64,000 nucleotides of DNA from Casimicrobiaceae bacterium (lineage in GTDB: Bacteria > Pseudomonadota > Gammaproteobacteria > Burkholderiales > Casimicrobiaceae), in the NCBI GenBank assembly GCA_035493035.1, contig DATJIS010000011.1, forward strand, positions 11,470 to 75,469. Reading direction: 5' to 3'. Of this stretch, positions 57,594 through 64,000 are shown in pieces (within the stretch, counting starts at the first letter, position 1; each line of letters opens with the position of its first letter). The notes under the pieces were generated by a model that was given only the letters and a program-made list of their open reading frames with translations, was not told the origin of the DNA and did no database searches. Position numbers and translations under genes: made by a program.

Positions 57594-59111
57594 ATGTTCT
57601 GCCCACAGTGCGGTAAACCCCTCCAGGCAGGCGCCCGCTTCTGCGGCAATTGCGGGGCGACGATTGCGCCGGCCGCCGCAGCCGAGGCGCCCGCGGTACC
57701 GGCCGCAGCGGCGGACGTTTCGAAGGCGCAGGCGGAAACGTTCACGGCACCGCGCGTCGACCCCGCACCGGGCGGCGTCCCGCCGCCGGGTGCCCAGATG
57801 TCACGGGTCATCGAGCGCGTCAAGCGCATCCTGTTGTCGCCACGCACCGAGTGGCCGGTGATCGCCGCGGAGCCGAAGACGGCGCGGGACATCTACCTCG
57901 GGTACGTCGCGCCGCTCGCCGCGATCGGCGTCGTCGCGTCCTTCATCGGGGCGACGACCATCGGCGTGAGCGTGCCGTTGCTCGGCACCATGCGCACGCC
58001 CGTCGTGCCGGCGCTCCTCGGGGCGATCCTCCATTTCCTGTTGACCTTCGTCGGCGTCTTCGTCATCGCGCTCATCGTCGACGCGCTCGCGCCGACGTTC
58101 GGCGGCCAGAAGGACGCGCTGCGCTCGCTCAAGGTCACGGCGTACAGCTTCACGGCGGCGTGGGTCGCGGCGGTCGTGACGATCATTCCCCTGCTGGGCA
58201 TCCTCGCGTTGCTGGGCTCGCTGTACGGCCTGTACCTGCTGTACCTCGGCCTGCCGGTCCTGATGCGCAATCCGCCGGAGAAGTCGATCGGCTACACCAT
58301 CGTGATCGTCATCTGCGCATTCGTGCTGATGTTCATCGTCAGCATGGTGAGCGGTGCGGTGATCGGCATGATGGGGTCCGGCCCCGGCATGCTCGGCAAG
58401 GCGGGCCATGCGAGCGACGCGCAAAGCGCCGACGCCGCAGCGGCGATCGTCTCCAAGATGATGGGTGGCGAGAGCACCGCCGACCAGGCGCGCATGAAGG
58501 ACGCCATGAGCACGCTGCAAAAGCTCGGCGAGCAGGCGGACACGGCCGAGAAGAACGCGCGCGCGACCGGCGGCGACCCGTCCGTGGCGGGGGCCAACGC
58601 GGTCGACATGGATGCCGCGGTGAAGGCGGTCGGCACGATGATGTCGGGCGGCAAGGACGTAAAGCCGGTCGACTTCCATCAGCTCAAGGACCTCCTGCCC
58701 GCGTCGCTGCCGGGGGGCCTCAACCGCACCGAGGCGAGCGGACAGAGCGGCGAGGCGATGGGCATGAAGGCGTCCAGCGCCACCGCGACGTACAGCGACG
58801 GCGCCCACGCCGGCGTCACGATCGAGATCGCCGACATCGGAGCGCTCTCCGGGCTTGCCAGCATGGCGTCGCGCTTCGACCCGAAGGTGGAGAAGGAGAC
58901 GGCGACCGGCTACGAGCGCACGCGCACGGTCAGCGGCCTGCTCGTGCACGAGCAGTACGATCGCCAGGCCCGCAGCGGCGAGACCGCGGTGCTCGTGAAC
59001 AATCGCTTCAGCGTGACCGTGCGCGGGCACGGTGTGGACGCCGGCCAGCTCACCGGAGCGCTGCAGGCGGTCGACTTGTCGAGGCTCGCGAAAGTCGTCG
59101 TCGCGAAGTAA
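57594..59111 (+). CDS. Zinc-ribbon / Yip1-domain membrane protein with an uncharacterised C-terminal soluble domain
   Basis: AGGAGA RBS. MFCPQCGKPLQAGARFCGNCG is a CxxC...CxxC zinc ribbon. A Pro/Ala linker follows. Five TM segments form a Yip1-like core (ILLSPRTEWPVIAAE...). About 230 aa of C-terminal region has no family I recognise. Confidence 0.8.
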   Translation: MFCPQCGKPLQAGARFCGNCGATIAPAAAAEAPAVPAAAADVSKAQAETFTAPRVDPAPGGVPPPGAQMSRVIERVKRILLSPRTEWPVIAAEPKTARDIYLGYVAPLAAIGVVASFIGATTIGVSVPLLGTMRTPVVPALLGAILHFLLTFVGVFVIALIVDALAPTFGGQKDALRSLKVTAYSFTAAWVAAVVTIIPLLGILALLGSLYGLYLLYLGLPVLMRNPPEKSIGYTIVIVICAFVLMFIVSMVSGAVIGMMGSGPGMLGKAGHASDAQSADAAAAIVSKMMGGESTADQARMKDAMSTLQKLGEQADTAEKNARATGGDPSVAGANAVDMDAAVKAVGTMMSGGKDVKPVDFHQLKDLLPASLPGGLNRTEASGQSGEAMGMKASSATATYSDGAHAGVTIEIADIGALSGLASMASRFDPKVEKETATGYERTRTVSGLLVHEQYDRQARSGETAVLVNNRFSVTVRGHGVDAGQLTGALQAVDLSRLAKVVVAK

Positions 59112-59156
59112 GCACTCGCTTGACCGCGTGCCGCCGGTCAGCGTGAAGATGCCGCA

Positions 59157-59966
59157 TCAGCGTCGACGCGCCGACAGCAGCAGTTCCGCGACCTCGGCGA
59201 ATCCTTCGCCGGCCTCGGCGTCCGTGATGTAGGCGGGCGGCGTCGGAACGAGATCGAGAAAGCGCCGCAGGTTGGCGACTCCGATCGCGTGCGGAAAGAA
59301 AGCGAACATCGACGCGTCGTTGGGCGCGTCGCCCACGTAGACGTAGTGCTCGCGCTCGGCGCCGAGATCGACGCCGAACGCGCTGGCGAAGAGTCGCCGC
59401 GTGGTGGCCAGCTTGTCGTGCTCGCCGTACCAGCCGTGCACGTGGATCGAGGACACGGCGGTGGACAGCCCCTCGGCGCGCAGCATCGCGACGATGCGAT
59501 CGACGTCCCGTCGTGCCAGCGGGGTCACGCGCTCGGACCAGTCGATCGCGAGGTCGGTTTCGCGTCGATGCTCGTCGACCGCAAGAGCCGCGCCGGGCAC
59601 GGCCGCAACGATGCGCTCGCCGATCGCCGCCAGCGCCACCCGCTGCCGCGCGCGCTCGTCGGCGTCGTGCTCGTAATGCGCGGCGATCGCGCCCGTGCTC
59701 GGCTCGCGCCGCATCCACACGCCGCCGTTCTCCCCGACGATCGCGGCGAGCGGCCATTCGCCGAGCAGCCGCTCGCACAGTCCCGCCGGGCGGCCCGTGA
59801 TGGCTACCACCGGAATGCCGGCCGCGCCCAATGCGTCGAGGGACGCGCGCGCGTGCGGAGGCAGCACCCCGCCGGTGGTGAGCGTGTCGTCGATGTCCGT
59901 CAGCACGCCGCGCATGGCGCGCGCGACCTCGTGCGGCATGGTGCGAAGCGGTGCCGGCTCGCTCAT
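59157..59966 (-). CDS. HAD-superfamily (IIB-like) phosphatase
   Basis: The last 269 aa of ORF 59157..61337. VLTDIDDTL matches DxDxT. ITGRP and YVGDAPNDASMF are present. ATGA overlap with the glpD stop. Confidence 0.8.
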   Translation of the reverse strand: MSEPAPLRTMPHEVARAMRGVLTDIDDTLTTGGVLPPHARASLDALGAAGIPVVAITGRPAGLCERLLGEWPLAAIVGENGGVWMRREPSTGAIAAHYEHDADERARQRVALAAIGERIVAAVPGAALAVDEHRRETDLAIDWSERVTPLARRDVDRIVAMLRAEGLSTAVSSIHVHGWYGEHDKLATTRRLFASAFGVDLGAEREHYVYVGDAPNDASMFAFFPHAIGVANLRRFLDLVPTPPAYITDAEAGEGFAEVAELLLSARRR

Positions 59967-61471
59967 GCCCGCGCGTGCGCGTCCATGCGCTGGGCAACGC
60001 GCGCGCGCTGGGCGGGCGTCATCGGCAAGCCGCATTTCGTGCGCCGCCACAGCACGTCGTCGGCATCGCGTGCCCATTCGTGCTCGACGAGCCACGCGAG
60101 CTCGCGCTCGGTGAGCCCGCCGCCGAAATCTTCGCCCATGTCGGCAGCGCTGCGCACGCCCGACAGGAGCTGCAGGCTCGCCGCGCCATGGCGCCGTGCG
60201 ATGCCGGTGACGACATCCTTCGACAGCATGGCGTGGCGCGCGACGAGGTCCGCAATGAAGGCCTCGCGTCCGCCGGGAAGATCGCCGCCCGGCAGCACGG
60301 CATCGCGCGTCCACGGCGCGCCGATGCGCGGGAAGAACGGCGCGAGCTCGGCCAGCGCGTGCTCGGCGAGCTTGCGGTACGTGGTGATCTTGCCGCCGTA
60401 CACCGACAACAGCGGCGCGCGATCGGCACCCGGCGGACCCGGCAGCGCATCGGACTTCAGCACGTAGTCGCGCGTGATGGCGGAGGGATCGGACGATCCG
60501 TCGTCGTAGAGCGGCCGTACGCCGCTGTACGTCCACACGATGTCGTCGCGCCGGAGCGGCGCAGCGAGGTACTCGTTGGCGAGCCCGAGCAGGTACCGCA
60601 CCTCGTCGTCGGTGATGGGCGGATCGTCGTAATCCTCGACCGCCACGTCGGTGGTGCCGATGAGCGAGTAGCGATCGAGCCACGGAATGACGAACACGAT
60701 GCGCTGGTCGGCGTTCTGCAGGATGTACGCATGCGCCTGCGCATGCACGCGCGGCACCACGATGTGACTGCCCTTCACGTGGCGCACGCGCGCATTCAGC
60801 GTCACGCCCCGCACGGTGGACAGCACGTCCTGCACCCACGGGCCCGCCGCGTTGACGATGGCGCGCGCGCGGAGGGTCGCGGCGCCCTGCGGTCCGTCGA
60901 CCGACGCGCGCCACGCGCCGTCCTCGCGCGTGGCGCCGAGGAATCGCACGCCGACCTGGATATCGGCGCCCCGCGCGCGCGCATCGACGGCGTTCGTCAC
61001 CACCAGACGCGCGTCGTCCACCTGCGCGTCCGAATACACGAAGCCGCGGCGAAACCGCGGCTTCAGTCCGGCGCCGTAGCGCGAGTGATCGAGGCGCACG
61101 CCGCGCGATCGCGGCAGCGTCATCCGGCCGCCGAGCCGGTCGTAGAGAAAGAGGCCGGCGCGGATCATCCACGCGCGGCGCAGGTGCGGCTCGTGCGGCA
61201 GCACGAACTCGAGCGGCTCGATCAGGTGCGGCGCGGCATGCAGCAGGACCTCGCGCTCCGCGAGCGCCTCGGCGACGAGCCGGAACTCGTAGTGCTCGAG
61301 ATAGCGCAGCCCGCCGTGGATGAGCTTGGTGCTCCACGACGAGGTATGCGCCGCGAGATCGTCCTGCTCGACCAGGACCACGGAGAGGCCGCGGCCGGCG
61401 GCATCCCTGGCGATGCCGACGCCGTTGATGCCGCCGCCGACGATCAGCAGATCATGGATCGCGGGCGTCAT
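59963..61471 (-). CDS. glpD: FAD-dependent glycerol-3-phosphate dehydrogenase
   Basis: Internal ATG of ORF 59963..61546. Reads HDLLIVGGGINGVGIARDAAGRGLSVVLVEQDDLAAHTSSWSTKLIHGGLRYLE. Confidence 0.9.
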   Translation of the reverse strand: MTPAIHDLLIVGGGINGVGIARDAAGRGLSVVLVEQDDLAAHTSSWSTKLIHGGLRYLEHYEFRLVAEALAEREVLLHAAPHLIEPLEFVLPHEPHLRRAWMIRAGLFLYDRLGGRMTLPRSRGVRLDHSRYGAGLKPRFRRGFVYSDAQVDDARLVVTNAVDARARGADIQVGVRFLGATREDGAWRASVDGPQGAATLRARAIVNAAGPWVQDVLSTVRGVTLNARVRHVKGSHIVVPRVHAQAHAYILQNADQRIVFVIPWLDRYSLIGTTDVAVEDYDDPPITDDEVRYLLGLANEYLAAPLRRDDIVWTYSGVRPLYDDGSSDPSAITRDYVLKSDALPGPPGADRAPLLSVYGGKITTYRKLAEHALAELAPFFPRIGAPWTRDAVLPGGDLPGGREAFIADLVARHAMLSKDVVTGIARRHGAASLQLLSGVRSAADMGEDFGGGLTERELAWLVEHEWARDADDVLWRRTKCGLPMTPAQRARVAQRMDAHARA

Positions 61472-61657
61472 GGACGCCGGCAATTTTACCGAATGCGCGC
61501 GTCCTCGCCGCGCTCGACGGCGATGGCCGCGAACGCGCACGATCACGCGTCGAACCGGACGTGCGCGCGACGCCGATGCGTTCCAGCTCGGCGCGATCCG
61601 CGCAGCCGGCAGGCGTCGGCCGCCGAAGCCGTTGCGGTAGAGCCTTGTACGGCGTCG

Positions 61658-63073
<1,416 letters not shown>

Positions 63074-63183
63074 GATCGAATGGTACTCCCCTGGAGCACG
63101 CTGACCGGCTCGGCGCGCTCGCCTCGCCCGCCGTGGAGGACACGCTGTACCGGCCTCGCAGCGCAGGAACGCGAGGCGCGTCG

Positions 63184-64000
63184 CTACGCCGCCTTGCGTC
63201 GCCGCACGCGGGTCACGGCGTGAGTTGCCGGCAGCAGCCCGCGCAGCTCCCCGACCAGCTCCAGCTGCCGCTCGTCGAGCTTGAAGTGCGCCTCGATGTT
63301 GTCGAGCATCCTCCGCGCGACGCGCCGGTCCGAGGCCGTGCGGAGGAGCGCCGGCAGCGAGCGCTTCGCGCGCTGCGGCTCGAACTCGACGACGATGGTT
63401 TCCTCCTGCAGCAGGCGCCGCCGCTCGTCGTCGGACATGGCCTCGATGTCCATCTCCTTCAGCACGATATCGCGCACGCGCTGCATGTACGAAAGGCTGA
63501 GCTTGCCGTGCCCGGCACGCGAGATGAGCATCGCCATGCGGGCGAGGCCCTCGCGGCGGCCGCCCTGCTCGAGCGTATCGAGCACCTGGCGCACCGCGGG
63601 CAGCGCGCGCGGATCGAAGCGCGCCTGGCGGCGGATCTCCGCGCGCTCGTCGGCCATCGACAGCGACCACATGTTTCCATAGACCTGGAAGAACGCCGCC
63701 TCCGACGCCGCATCGCGCAGATCGCGATAAAGATCGAGCGATGCGCCGATGCACTCCGAGGCGAAATGCTCCATCGCCACCGGCACCGAGTCGTCGCGGC
63801 GCACGCGTCGCGAGGCGCGCGCAGCCGAGGCGAGGTAGGGCAGCGGCCACAGCCACGGGTTCTTGTCGGAGATCATCCAGCGCTCCACGCGCAGCGGATG
63901 CCAGTCGCGCAGCGTGCTCGCGAGCCATTCCGGCGTCGCCTCGCGCACCCAGGGGCGCACGAGCAGCGAATACGCGCGCTCGGTGAGCTCGGAGAGCGCG
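63184..64000 (-). CDS. C-terminal part of a DUF3141-like protein (5' end beyond window)
   Basis: The frame stays open to the window edge (…[25 protein letters not shown]...[20 protein letters not shown]...). The family assignment is from memory only. Confidence 0.45.
   Translation of the reverse strand, partial: ALSELTERAYSLLVRPWVREATPEWLASTLRDWHPLRVERWMISDKNPWLWPLPYLASAARASRRVRRDDSVPVAMEHFASECIGASLDLYRDLRDAASEAAFFQVYGNMWSLSMADERAEIRRQARFDPRALPAVRQVLDTLEQGGRREGLARMAMLISRAGHGKLSLSYMQRVRDIVLKEMDIEAMSDDERRRLLQEETIVVEFEPQRAKRSLPALLRTASDRRVARRMLDNIEAHFKLDERQLELVGELRGLLPATHAVTRVRRRKAA

Overview
High-GC window (by eye about two-thirds to 70% G+C) that looks like chromosomal core from a Betaproteobacteria-like organism. 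I see no rRNA, tRNA, CRISPR, transposase or integrase. About 62 CDS are tightly packed, often with ATGA/GTGA overlapping stop-start junctions.

Order along the window:
- Partial MoxR-DUF58-VWA cluster, an SDR, and a secreted LTD-like protein.
- Four small membrane/secreted proteins.
- rodA-mrdA-mreDCB on the minus strand, divergent from gatCAB-rlpA.
- A lower-GC PEP-CTERM surface protein gene.
- ettA, a DUF4124 protein, pyrE, xth, a second ABC-F ATPase, and a methyltransferase-ampG pair.
- A class III cyclase/TolB-like/TPR protein and a secreted MBL hydrolase.
- A fused metX-metW gene behind a structured attenuator leader.
- A secreted cytochrome c / Ig-like / DUF5648-like protein.
- A four-gene TlpA-DUF4266-DUF3570-ApbE cluster.
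- A PTS operon (EIIA-Man, HPr, second HPr, EI) and gshB.
- A catabolic cluster: ModE-N-like regulator, AtzE/AtzG-like amidase pair, split UxaA dehydratase, AKR, and a sugar ABC transporter with a LacI regulator and palindromic operator.
- gshA, NMO, GNAT, CBS, an ABC exporter, glmS-glmU, a zinc-ribbon/Yip1 protein, HAD-glpD, fumC, and a partial DUF3141-like gene.

The best candidate for an undescribed system is the TlpA/DUF4266/DUF3570/ApbE cluster. Its DUF3570 protein carries two ApbE-type flavinylation-like motifs (DAMSGAS, TLSGAS). Other notable items:
- The metX-metW fusion and its terminator/antiterminator leader.
- Two secreted proteins sharing a paralogous C-terminal domain.
- Tandem HPr paralogs.
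- A 36-bp tandem triplication that copies the mreC stop codon.
- An insertion with atypical codon usage in gatB.

Many long ORFs in the six-frame track are alternate-frame or antisense artefacts of the high GC content and are not reported as genes. All family assignments come from reading the translations and motifs; no database search was run.
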